DNA from: Mustelus asterias
Taxonomy: Eukaryota
Reading direction: 5' to 3'
Assembly: GCF_964213995.1 (NCBI RefSeq)
Contig: NW_027590139.1
Coordinates: forward strand, 1,178,001-1,242,000
DNA: 64,000 bases
The notes under the pieces were generated by a model. It saw only the letters and a list, made by a program, of their open reading frames with translations, had not been told where the DNA came from and ran no database searches. Shown piece after piece: positions 53,516-64,000 of this stretch. Position 1 is the first letter of the stretch. The number at the start of each line of letters is the position of its first letter. Made by a program: the position numbers and the translations under genes.

Positions 53516-54986
53516 TTTTGAGAGTGAATTCACCATCCACAGCCATTTATTTTGAACCCTGGTTTGAAATATTCTCACTCTGGGTTTAAGGCTTCACGGC
53601 GTAATACACAGATTTAGATCTTACCACCAAACACCAATTCATATCCTCATCCGAGTCCCAGATTTAAATGTGGTTGTCCAAACTAGAAAACATATATAAT
53701 TTGACTCTTTTTAAACCTGATTCACCACACCCTGCCACACTAACTACAAGAGATTGTTTTTGGGACCAGTTGTTCCGTTAAAGTCTGTGTTGTTCTCAAT
53801 GATGACAGTTTTAACCTCTCCGTAACCTGTCCTAACACTTCTGCCCTCCAGGGGGCTCTGTTTTTCTGATGGTGACATTCCCTGTTTACCCAGTCAGCCC
53901 TTGAATTGTTTGTGAATCCAGTCACATGTCGGTTAGACTGGATCAGGGCGGCAGATTTCCTTCCTTGAAGGGAATTAGAGAACCAGATGTGTTTTTACAA
54001 CAATTAATTCATGCTCATCAATATTTTTGTTGAAACGTGGTGGGATTCAAACCCAGGTCCCAAAATCATTATAATAAATAGAGAAAATGCTGGATAAACT
54101 CAGCAAGTCTGTTTTATTCAGAATTCCAGCATCTGCTGGATTTTCCTTTATCTCCAAATCATTCCCCTGGATTACTCCTGCTCTGGCTCTAATTCCAGTC
54201 AGCTCAGACAACAAAAACAGGTTTCACAAAATCGCAAACATTTAAAAAAGGAGGTAGACAAAAGGCGGGTAACTATAGGCTGGTTAGCTTAACTTCTGTA
54301 GGAGGGAAAATGCTTGGATCTATCATCAGGGAAGAAATAGCGAGACATCTGGATATAAATTGTCCCATTGGTAAGACACAGCATAGGTTCTTGAAGGGCA
54401 GGTCATGTTTGACTAATTTGGTGGAATTATTTGAGAACATTACATGTGCAGTGGACAATGGGGAACCTGTGGATGTGGTGTATCTGGATTTCCAGAAGGC
54501 ATTTGACAAGGTGCCGCACCAAAGACTGCTACATAAGATAAAGTTGCACAGTGTTACGGGTAATGTATTAGCATGGATAGAGGATTGGTTAACTAACAGA
54601 AAGCAAAGAGTGGGGGTAAATGGGTGTTTTTCTGGTTGGCGATCAGTGACTAGTGGTGTGCCTCAGGGATCAGTGTTGGGACCGCAATTGTTTACGATTT
54701 ACATAGATGATTTGGATTTGGGGACCAAGTGTAGTGTGTCAAAATTCGCAGATGACACTAAGAGCAAAGTGTGCAGAGGATGCTGAAAGTCTGCAAAGGG
54801 ATATAGATAATCTAAGTGAGTGGGCGAGGGTCTGGCAGATGGAGTACAATGTTGGTAAATGTGAGGTCATCCATTTTGGTAGGAATAACAGCAAAATGGA
54901 CTATTATTTAAATGGGAAAAAATTGCAGCGTGCTACTGTGCAGAGGCCAAGCTGATTGGAGGAGGGAAAGCACTTCCTCCTCTATG

Positions 54987-55023
54987 ACTTGATCTCATTT
55001 GCATCTTAGCCAAAAGGCCGAGA
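54987..55023 (-). other. U2 snRNA 5'-end-like fragment
   Basis: Minus strand tctcggccttttggctaagat matches the U2 5' sequence; agatcaagt resumes after a gcaaatg insert. Confidence 0.7.
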
Positions 55024-55084
55024 TACTGCTTTTAAAAATTGCTTCATATGAAACATATGAAGCTTCAATGTAACCTAATGACCT

Positions 55085-55800
55085 CAAACAAACCTCTGCA
55101 AGACGTGCCGGATCATTGACACGGATGCCATCATCACACGTGAGAACACCATCTACCAGGTACACGGTACCTACTCTTGCAACTCGGCCAACATTGTCTA
55201 CCTGATACGCTGCAAGAAAGGATGTCCCGAGGCATGGTACATTGGGGAAACAATGCAGACACTACGACAACGGATGAATGAACACCGCTCGACAATCACC
55301 AGGCAAGACTGTTCTCTTCCTGTGGGGGAGCACTTCAGCAGTCACGGGCATTCAGCCTTGGATCTTCAGGTAAGCGTTCTCCAAGGCGGCCTTCACGTCA
55401 CACGACAGCGCAGAGTCCCTGAGCAGAAACTGATAGCCAAGTTCCGCACACATGAGGACGGCCTAAACCGGGATGTTGGATTTATGTCACATTATCAGTA
55501 ACACCCACAGCTTGCCTCCTGGGCTTGTAGAATCTTAATAGCTGTTCTGTCTGGAGACAATACACATCTCTTTAACCCGTGTTTACTGTTCCCTCCACCC
55601 ACATTGTCTGTACCTTTAAGACCTGGCTGGCTGGAGGATTCGCATTCTAATCAGTATTCTGCAACTTGATTTTGTCTGTTTGCACTGTTTGAGAGCACAT
55701 TTCCACTCCATCTGACGAAGGAGCAGTGCTCCGAAAGCTTATGGTATTTGCTACCAAATAAACCTGTTGGACTTTAACCTGGTGTTGTGAGACTTCTTAC
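55085..55800 (+). mobile_element. Penelope 3' part (GIY-YIG and pLTR) nested in CR1
   Basis: NIVYLIRCKKGCPEAWYIGETMQTLRQRMNEH...; near-identical to 25413-26150 inverted. Confidence 0.9.
55708..55744 (+). ncRNA. Minimal type I hammerhead ribozyme (Penelope-associated)
   Basis: ccat CTGACGA a ggagcagtgctcc GAAA gctt atgg. Confidence 0.75.
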
Positions 55801-56509
55801 GCTGTGCAGAGGGACAGGGGTGTCCTTGTGCAGGAATCTCAAAGAGTTGGTTTGCAGGTGCAACAGGTAATTAAGAAGGCAAATGGAATTTTGTCCTTCA
55901 TTGCTCGAGGGATGGAGTTTAAAAACAGCGAGATTATGTTGCAGCTGTATAAGGTGCTGGTGAGGCCACACCTGGAACACTGTGTACAGTTTTGGTCTCC
56001 TTACTTGAGAAAGGATATACTGGCACTGGAGGGGGTGCAGAGGAGATTCACGAGGTTGATTCCGGAGTTGAGAGGGTTGGCTTATGAGCAGAAACTGAAT
56101 AGACTGGGGCTATACTCATTGGATTTCAGAAGAATGAGGGGAGATCTTATAGAAACATATAAGATTATGAAGGGAATAGATAAGATAGAAGCAGGGAAGT
56201 TGTTTCCACTGGCGGGTGAAACTAGAACTTGGGGGCATAGCCTCAAAATAAGGGGAAGCAGATTTAGGACTGAGTTGAGGAGGAACTTCTTCACACAAAG
56301 GGTTGTGAATCTGTGGAATTCCCTGCCCAGTGAAGCAGTTGGGGCTACCTCATTGAATGTTTTTAAGGCAAGGATAGATAAATTATTGAACAGTAAAGGA
56401 ATTAAGGGCTATGGTGAGCAGGCGTGTAAGTGGAGCTGAGTCCACAAAAAGATCAGCCACGAGGCTCGAGGGGCCAGATGGCCTACTCCTGCTCCTAGTT
56501 CTTATGTTC

Positions 56510-56600
56510 TTCCCACAATTCCCACATTTCCATGGCATCTCCCTGTGACTGCAATTATGTTCCAAAAGGCCAGATGATTGGTTGAAGCTTTCACCACACC
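56510..56600 (-). pseudogene. ZNF fragment truncated by the CR1 tail
   Basis: CGESFNQSSGLLEHNCSHREMPWKCGNCGK. Confidence 0.7.
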
Positions 56601-56994
56601 TGACTAAACCTCTGACTAACCTGAGTAAAACTGAGGATAAAGTATTGGTGTCTGTAAGGGCTAAAACAATACCCTTGGCTTCCTTGCAGATCTGTGGCAC
56701 CAAGTTCAAGACTCCTTCATGAATCATCCTCTTGGCCTCTTGCCTGTCAACTGTCCATGAGAATCTCATGTTTCAGAATGTTCACTGCTCATTCTTCCAG
56801 AACTAATGAGTATAGGTGCAACCTTTCCCCAAAAGACAACGAGTTGGATTCTGTGGGATCACTTCCCCAAAACTGGAGAATCCCCCCCTGAGGTCAGAGG
56901 ACCCCCCGGCCTGCTACGATTCCTGTGGTGGGTGGGATGGGAGAATTCTCCCCTACACCTTCACAACCTTTCCTCAAAAGCCAACACCATCATC

Positions 56995-57450
56995 TTAGGA
57001 ATGGGCCTGGTGAACTTTCTCTGAACTCATTCCAATGAAAGCATGTCATTCCATAAGTAGGGAGACCAAAACCGCACACAGTATTCCAGCTGCTATCTCA
57101 GCAATGTCCTGTGTAGGTGCAGCAAGTTCCCTTTTTCAAACTCCACCCCCTTGCAGTAAAGTCCAACACTCCATTTGCCGCCTTCTTTACTTGCTGTACC
57201 TTCATCCTATTTTTTCACGATTCATGTACAAGGACACCCAGATTCCTCTCTACGGCAGTATTCTTCAGTTTCTGTATATTTATAAATTGTTTGCTTCTCT
57301 ATTCTTCCTGCCAAAGTGGAAAAGCTCCCACTTTCCCGCACTATACTCCATCTGCCATTTTTCTGTCCATTCAGGTAACTTATCTGTGTCCCTTACAGAT
57401 TTTTTGTAATAACCTCACAACTTGCTTTTCTACCTATCTTTGTATCATCA
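56995..57450 (-). mobile_element. Old CR1 fragment
   Basis: Minus strand aaatggcagatggagtatagtgcgggaaagtgg (KWQMEY) and gatgatacaaagataggtag. Confidence 0.7.
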
Positions 57451-58502
57451 ATTCTGGCTTCATCCAAGTCATTGATCAAGGTGGCTGTTTTTCTCTCTCT
57501 CAGTTGTGGGTGATATTTGTCTCTATTCTCCTGGAAACTGAATGAATCTTGTTCCAAACTGGGTTCAATATCAGACATTTCAGGGAGTCAGGAATCATTC
57601 GCCCCTGAACCTACACTGGTAAAACCCCAGGCAGTTCCTCAGTAAGGATTTTTCTGGTTCCTCACCATATATTAGTCAGGATACTGAAACCCAGCTTTTT
57701 TACAGTCCACTCCTGGAGGTCCCACTCCCTGAGCCGACAAAATTCAGCAGTGTCAGTGCTGAAGTTTCACAGTGGGAGTGATTCCCAGAGTAACTGTCAA
57801 TCAGATCACCATTGATGTCCAGGTTTGTGTAGTTTTAGTTATCCTGATGTCTAACACACACACATCAATAAAACAGGGAATTCCTGCAAACAAACTGCAG
57901 CTTCTTCTCTGTCTGGACAGACAATGTTTGTTGAATAATTGTCCCAATGGTTAACAGGCTCCTGTGAACTCATCCAACTCGTATTTTAATACTGACTTTA
58001 ACAAATATATATTAAATAGGTTTATTTTAAATAAGTTAAAACCAGCCTTAAAATGGTATATATAGTATAATAACCATAGTACTTTTCAGACTGGAAACTT
58101 TAACCTGCTGTTTCACTTTGATTTAGGAGCAGATCCCAGTTTTACACCAATCTCTGATTCATGTATCCAGCATTCACCGTCATTCTAAAAACAGAAGTTG
58201 CTGCAAAATCTCAATAAGTCTGACAGAATCTGTAAAGTCAGGAACAATTAATGTTTCCAGTTGAATGTGACTCTTCTTCAGTGTCAAAACATTAGATCTG
58301 TTTCTCTCTCCAGAGATGCTGTCAGACCTGCTGAGTTTTTACAGCACTTCTTGTTTTTATTTACGAGTTCAGGACTCAGACAAGACAATCCACAATACAA
58401 ATCTTACAACTGGGCTCGGGTTTATTAACATCAGCAGAAACAGACACCAATGAAAATGGTTGGGACCTCAATGTGATTAACAGCAAAATTCAGTCCTTGC
58501 AG

Positions 58503-59093
58503 TCACTCGTGAACCTGATGGTGTTTCAGCAGGTGAGGTGACTGAGTGAATCCCTTCCCACACACGGAGCAGGTGAATGGCCTGTCCCCAGTGTGAATTC
58601 GCTGGTGTGCCTGCAAGTTGGATGACTGAGCGAATCCCTTCCCACACTGAGAGCAGGTGAACGGCCTCTCCCCAGTGTGAACTCGTTGGTGTCTCAGCAG
58701 GCTGGATGGATCACAGAATCCCTTTCCACACTGAAAGCAGGTGAATGGCCTCTCCCCAGTGTGAACTGTCTGGTGTCTCAGCAGGCTGGATGAATCACCG
58801 AATCCCTTCCCACACTGAGAGCAGGTGAACGGTCTCTCCCCAGTATGAATGCGCTCGTGTGCCCGCAGGCTGGATGACCGAGTGAATCCCTTCCCACACT
58901 GAGAGCAGGTGAATGGCCTCTCCCCAGTGTGAACTCGCTGGTGTGTCTGCAGGCTGGATGACCGAGTGAATCCCTTCCCACACTGAGAGCAGGTGAATGG
59001 CCTCTCCCCAGTGTGGTTGCGCCGATGTGCTTCCAGCTGTGATGGGGCTCTGTATCTCTTCCCACAGTCCCCACATTTCCATGGTTTCTCCAT
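58503..59093 (-). CDS. C2H2 zinc-finger protein, 7 fingers (196 aa)
   Basis: gcaccATGG at 59093; 7 x 28 aa; acceptor at 59445. Confidence 0.88.
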   Translation of the reverse strand: MEKPWKCGDCGKRYRAPSQLEAHRRNHTGERPFTCSQCGKGFTRSSSLQTHQRVHTGERPFTCSQCGKGFTRSSSLRAHERIHTGERPFTCSQCGKGFGDSSSLLRHQTVHTGERPFTCFQCGKGFCDPSSLLRHQRVHTGERPFTCSQCGKGFAQSSNLQAHQRIHTGDRPFTCSVCGKGFTQSPHLLKHHQVHE

Positions 59094-60356
59094 GGTGCAG
59101 GTGTCCTTGCCTCTCTCTTGGGTGGACAATCAGTTGAAGCCTCGTCCACACACAGAACACGGGTACCGTCTCTACCCGCTGTGAATGGTGTGGTATTTAT
59201 TCAGGCTGTGTAACTGGTTAAAGCTCTTTAGTCCGAGCACTAGAACACTCTCACTCGAGTGTGGCAGTGTGTTGGTGCTTTTCCAGTCACACTGATGTTT
59301 GAAATCTTTTCAAATCAACAGACTGGACAATCATTTCTCCTTCTAGATTCAAAGTCCGATGATATTCAGCTCCCAAGGAATATGACTCTGTCAGATCTAG
59401 ACGTGACGTTTGAGATTTCGGTCTGTGATTCCTCTTTCAATATCCTGTAAAACAAGTTTACAAAAGTCAGCAGTGTCAGTACAGGATAGAAATTCAGAAC
59501 AGACAATTCTAGTTTCTATGGAACATTCTTTCCTCTCCCATTCCTCAAAAGCTGTAAATCTCCATCCCACACACTCTCCCTCCATTCTCACTCTGCTGTA
59601 TCTAATATTCACCCTCCCAATTCTCCTGAAGGTGCTGATTGAGGCTGATTGACAGATCCATGCTCACTGCTTCCTGTCCTGGACACAGAGACCATAACAA
59701 ATAGGAGCTGCAGTCGGCCATTTGGCTCATCGAGTCTTTTAAACTATTCAATGAGATAATTCGTTCATCTACCTCAGCATCATTCTCCCCACACTAAACC
59801 CATATCCCTTGATATCTTCAATATCGAGAAACCAATCAATCTCTCTCTTGAAAATAGTTGATGACTGAGGCTTCACTGTCCTCAGGGGTTGAGAATTCCA
59901 AATCTTTACCACATCCTTGAGTGAAGAAATCCCCCCACATCTTAGCTTTTGCTCCATCTTCTTGTCTGTTCCCCATAACCTTTGACACCCTTGTCAGTCA
60001 AAAATCTGTCTAACTGGAATATATTCAATGATCCTCAGCCTCCACTGGTCCCTGTGGAAGAGAAATCCAAAAGACGAACAATCCTCTGAGGGAAGAGATG
60101 TCTGGAAAGATATAATGTAGCTACAGTTCCATATTACAAAATATTCAGATCCCAAGGAATATGACTGTCTCGATGTGACAGTTGAGATTTTTGCCTGTGA
60201 TTCCTCGTTCAAAATCTTGTGAAATGAGTTTGCAAAAGTCATCACAGTTAATATAGGATAGAAATTCAGAGCAGACAATTCTACTTTCTATGGAACATTC
60301 TTTCCTATTTCATTCCCAAAAAGTTGTAAATCTCCATCCATATCAATGGATTCTCA
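58950..60356 (-). repeat. Inverted segmental duplicate of ~27265-28260
   Basis: Shared CR1 tail, small upstream exon, intron and leader; the 27-kb copy lacks ~410 bp. Confidence 0.85.
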
Positions 60357-60844
60357 TCTGGTGTTGTGAGACTTCTTACTGTGCTTACCCCAGTCCAACG
60401 CCGGCATCTCCACACTCTGAGTGGAAACAGAGAGAAGTAGGAGAGGCCGGAGGTGAAGAGAGAGATTTTATTCATCAACAACTCAACAGGAACTTTGACA
60501 GAATTTCCAAACCCTGTGAACACCATCAGCTCCAAGTTCCTCTCCAACCCACACACCATCCTGACTTGTCTGACATCCAGTACTGAAAGAACAGAAATTT
60601 ATTTCATTTAAATACTGGGAAGACTGAACCCATTGTGTTCAGTCCCCACTATGAACTCCACTCCCTCACCAACAACTTTATCTCTCCTCCTGGCAACTGT
60701 CTGAGGCTGAACCAGGCTGTTCACAACCAGGGTGAAACAGTTCATCTCAAGATGAGCTTCCAGCCACATGTCCACATCATCATCAAGACCACCTTCATTC
60801 ATAGAAGCATTAATAGTAATTAATTAAAAGTAATGAATAATAAA

Positions 60845-61140
60845 ATACAGTGTAGAAGGAGGCCATTCAGCCCATCGAGCCTGCACCGATAACAATCCCT
60901 ATCCAGGCCCTATCCACATATTTACCTGTTAATTCCCCCTGATACCAGGTGGCAATTTATCGTGGCCAATCCGTCGAACCGGCACATCTTTGGACTGTGG
61001 GAGGAAACCTGAACACCTGGAGGAAACCCACACAGACACGAGGAGAATGTAGAAACTCTGCACAGACAGCGACCCGAGGCTGGAATTGAACCCGGGTCCC
61101 TGGCACTGTTAGGCAGCTGCACTAACCACTGTGCCACCGG
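60845..61140 (-). mobile_element. HE1/V-SINE-like SINE
   Basis: Minus strand ggtggcacagtggttagtgcagctg..gggttcaattcc. Confidence 0.85.
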
Positions 61141-61559
61141 GCCACATGTCAGTGCCATCGCCCGACTCCAGCCCAGTCTCAGCTCATCTGGAACCCTCAC
61201 CCATTCCATTGTGACGTCACACTCTCACCCATTCCATTGTGACATCACACGCTCACCCATTCCATTGTGACGTCAGGGCTTCACTCTCCGATCACAATCC
61301 CTGCCGGCCTCCCACATGCAGCCTCAATGGCGGCAGTCAGCCCGGGTCTAACACTACAAGCTGCCGCTCCATTGGGTACAAAGGGGGGGACCGGGAAGTT
61401 CATTTCCGGGGTTTGGGTTTGAACAACATGTTTACGAAGCCTCTCCACCCACCCGCCACATTTATCATTCCCCGCGCGCCGCCCTCTACCTCGTATTGAT
61501 CTCGCTTCCGAGTGAAAACCGCTTGTCCGTCGCCATTACCCGCACTGCGCATGCTTCAG

Positions 61560-61870
61560 GACCCGCCCCTCATTCACTCCGAATGGTTGGAGGACCAGCC
61601 ACTCCCGCTCGGTCCTCCAGCCCCGCCCCTCATTCACTCCGATTGGTTGGAGGACCAGCCGCTCCCGTTCGGTCCCCCAGCCCCGCCCCTCATTCACTCC
61701 GATTGGTTGGAGGACCAGCCACTCCCGCTGGTCCTCCAGTCCCGCCCCTCATTCACTCCGATTGGTTGGAGGACCAGCCGCTCCCGTTCGGTCCTCCAGC
61801 CCCGCCCCTCATTCACTCCGATTGTTGGAGGACCAGCCGCTGCCACACGGTCCTCCAACCCCGCCCCCTC
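61560..61870. repeat. ~60-bp promoter minisatellite, about 5 copies (GC box + CCAAT + inverted repeat)
   Basis: cccgcccctcattcactccgattggttggaggaccagccgctcccgttcggtcctccag repeated; single copy in the 49530-49600 paralog. Confidence 0.92.
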
Positions 61871-63064
61871 TTCTGATTGGCCCGGAGCTGCCGTCAATCA
61901 GTGCCCGGGCATTGTGATGTGGAGCATGCGCTGTGTCATTGCTGTCCTTGGCGCTTGTTTGTCCCGGAGAAGCGGAGTCAGCGTTAGGCGGTGGCTGGGA
62001 GGATTTGGAAACACTTTGTGGATCCGCAAACCCTTCAGAATCATTGTCAGCTCCCTGGTTTGCAGCTGCGGGGCTTCTCCCTCCCTCCCTCCCGGGAACA
62101 GGCCCAGGTTAACGGCCCCATCCTGGCTCAGCCACTGGAGGATGGTTCACATCAGAGGATGGGGGAGGGGGACAATAAATAAGAGGTTACACTTTGGCCT
62201 CAAATCAATGAGGACTCTGATCTCTGGGAAGGAAGGAAACCCTGGGAGGTGGGCGGGGAGGATTCGCAAACACCCGCTGGAGGCCCCAACACCCCCAATA
62301 AGACCCATTGGTTTTATTGTCAGTCTGCAGACAGGAGCTGGAGAACTGAACCCTGTAAGAGTTTTAACAACACCAGGTTAAAGTCCAACAGGTTTATTTG
62401 GTAGCAAACACCATTAGCTACCATTAGGTGTTTGCTACCAAATAAACCTGTTGGACTTTAACCTGGTGTTGTTAAAACTCCAGTCCAATGCCGGCATCTC
62501 CACATCAGAACTGAACCCAGACAGAGGACAGGGAAGGAGCAAACTGGGAGTGGAGAAAAGAAATGGTGAGATGGGTTTGGATTTCAGCCCAGGGAGGAGG
62601 GAGAGTTTGTGGGACAGGAATTTATTGATTTGGGGAACAAGAGAGGAAGAAATGTTCCAGAGAATTAGAATTGCCTGTTCAAAATTTCTATCCTGGACTG
62701 ACAGTGATTAATTTTGTAAACTCCTTTTACAGGTGAGGTGAAGAAACATCACATCAAAATCAGACAGAGTCTCGATTCACTTGGACTTAAATATCCTCAG
62801 ACTTTGAACGTGGAAGGAAAAATGTTTGTCTTCTGTCTGGAGGAGAAGATTTCAAACATCAGTGTGACTGAAAAAGCACCAAGATACACGCACACCCGAG
62901 TGAGAGTGTTTCAGTGAGTTGACTGTGGAAAGAGCTTTATCCAGTTACACAGCCTGAAAAAACATCACACCATTCACAGCAAGGAGAAACTGTACACGTG
63001 TTCTGTGTGTGGATGAGGCTTCAACTGATCGTTTAACCTGGAGAAACATAAGGACACCAGCACC

Positions 63065-63903
63065 ATGGAGAAACCGTGGAAATGTGGGGACTGTGGGAAA
63101 GGATTCAGTTACCCTTCCCTGCTGGAAAACCATCGGCGCAGTCACACTTTTGAGAGACCGTTCACCTGTTCTGTCTGTGGGGAGGGATTCATTCAGTCAT
63201 CTGGCCTTTGGTCTCACCAGAGAATTCACACTGAGGAAAAGTCATTCACCTGCACCTCCTGTGGGAAGAGGTTCAGGCATTCTTCAGCACTCACTGTGCA
63301 CCAACGCACTCACACCGGGGAGAGACCATTCATCTGCTCCGTATGTGGGAAGGGATTCACTCAGTCATTCCACCTGCTGTCACACCAGCGAGTTCATTCT
63401 GGGGAGAGGCCGTTCACCTGCTCCGACTGTGGGAAGGGATTCACTGGGTCATCCCACTTACTGTCACACCAGCGAGTTCACATTGAGAAGAAGCCATTCA
63501 GCTGCACTGACTGTGGACGGAGTTTCAGACAGGCATCCTCCCTCATTGCACACCAGCGAATTCACACTGGGGAGAGACCGTTTACTTGCTTTGTGTGTGG
63601 AAAGGGATTCACAGCTTTACCCACCCTGCTGAGACACCAGAAAATTCACACTGAAGAGAAGCCATTCCGCTGCACTGTGGAAAGAATTTCAGGCAGTCAT
63701 CCAACCTCACTGCTCACCGACGCACTCACACTGCAGAAAGACCATTCACATGCTCCGTGTGCGGGAAGGGATTCAATCGGCCATCCAACCTCTCTGCTCA
63801 CCAGCGAGTTCACACAGGGGAGAGGCCATTCAACTGCTCTGTGTGTGGGAAGGAATTCACTCAGTCACAATGGCTCCTGAGACATCAACAAGTTCACAAG
63901 TGA
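63065..63903 (+). pseudogene. ZNF duplicate of 50815-51654 with a 4-bp deletion in finger 8 (7-finger truncated product or pseudogene)
   Basis: tgcactgtggaaag versus tgcactgactgtggaaag at ~63676; frameshifted stop at 63880. Confidence 0.8.
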
Positions 63904-64000
63904 CTGCAGGGGTTGGATTCTGCTGTTTTTGCTGCTGTTCAGTATTGACAGTCTGACAATATTTTATTTCTGTTGATGTTAACAAACCCTATAACTCGCT

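Larger units (their letters stand above)
54238..56510 (+). mobile_element. CR1 LINE RT half, interrupted at 54947-55801
   Basis: [35 protein letters not shown]; resumes at 55802 after a ctgtgcagagg duplication. Confidence 0.92.

Noticed and set aside
61560-61870. CRISPR-like repeat array
   Set aside because: Head-to-tail repeats without unique spacers, in vertebrate DNA.
61512-62381. 289-aa Pro-rich ORF and related ORFs at 49426 and 22263
   Set aside because: Produced by GC-rich promoter sequence and the 60-bp repeat; starts differ among copies and they end in Penelope sequence.

Overview
Eukaryotic genomic DNA, most likely a cartilaginous fish (shark), inferred from HE1/V-SINE-like and SacSINE1-like SINEs, abundant CR1 LINEs and Penelope elements. 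The window is a cluster of C2H2 zinc-finger genes with no recognisable KRAB domain: six apparently intact finger-array ORFs, two frameshifted or truncated ones, two pseudogenes and fragments. Several genes sit as head-to-head pairs around CpG-rich promoter modules that were copied by local segmental duplication. The rest is mostly CR1, L2, RTE, Rex/Babar and Penelope (GIY-YIG) fragments and SINEs. Most unusual: (1) three tandem copies of a ~1.88-kb polyA-type element with no recognisable protein, each bounded by a 15-bp duplication of a putative ZNF exon-1 splice donor; (2) minimal hammerhead ribozymes with covarying stems in the Penelope termini; (3) ZNF start codons apparently made from a TGEKP linker, with dead fingers left in the 5' leader; (4) an exact 45-nt antisense copy of one finger in its own 3' UTR; (5) a U2 snRNA 5' fragment co-inserted with a Penelope. 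Repeat boundaries are read by eye and approximate; no database searches were run.
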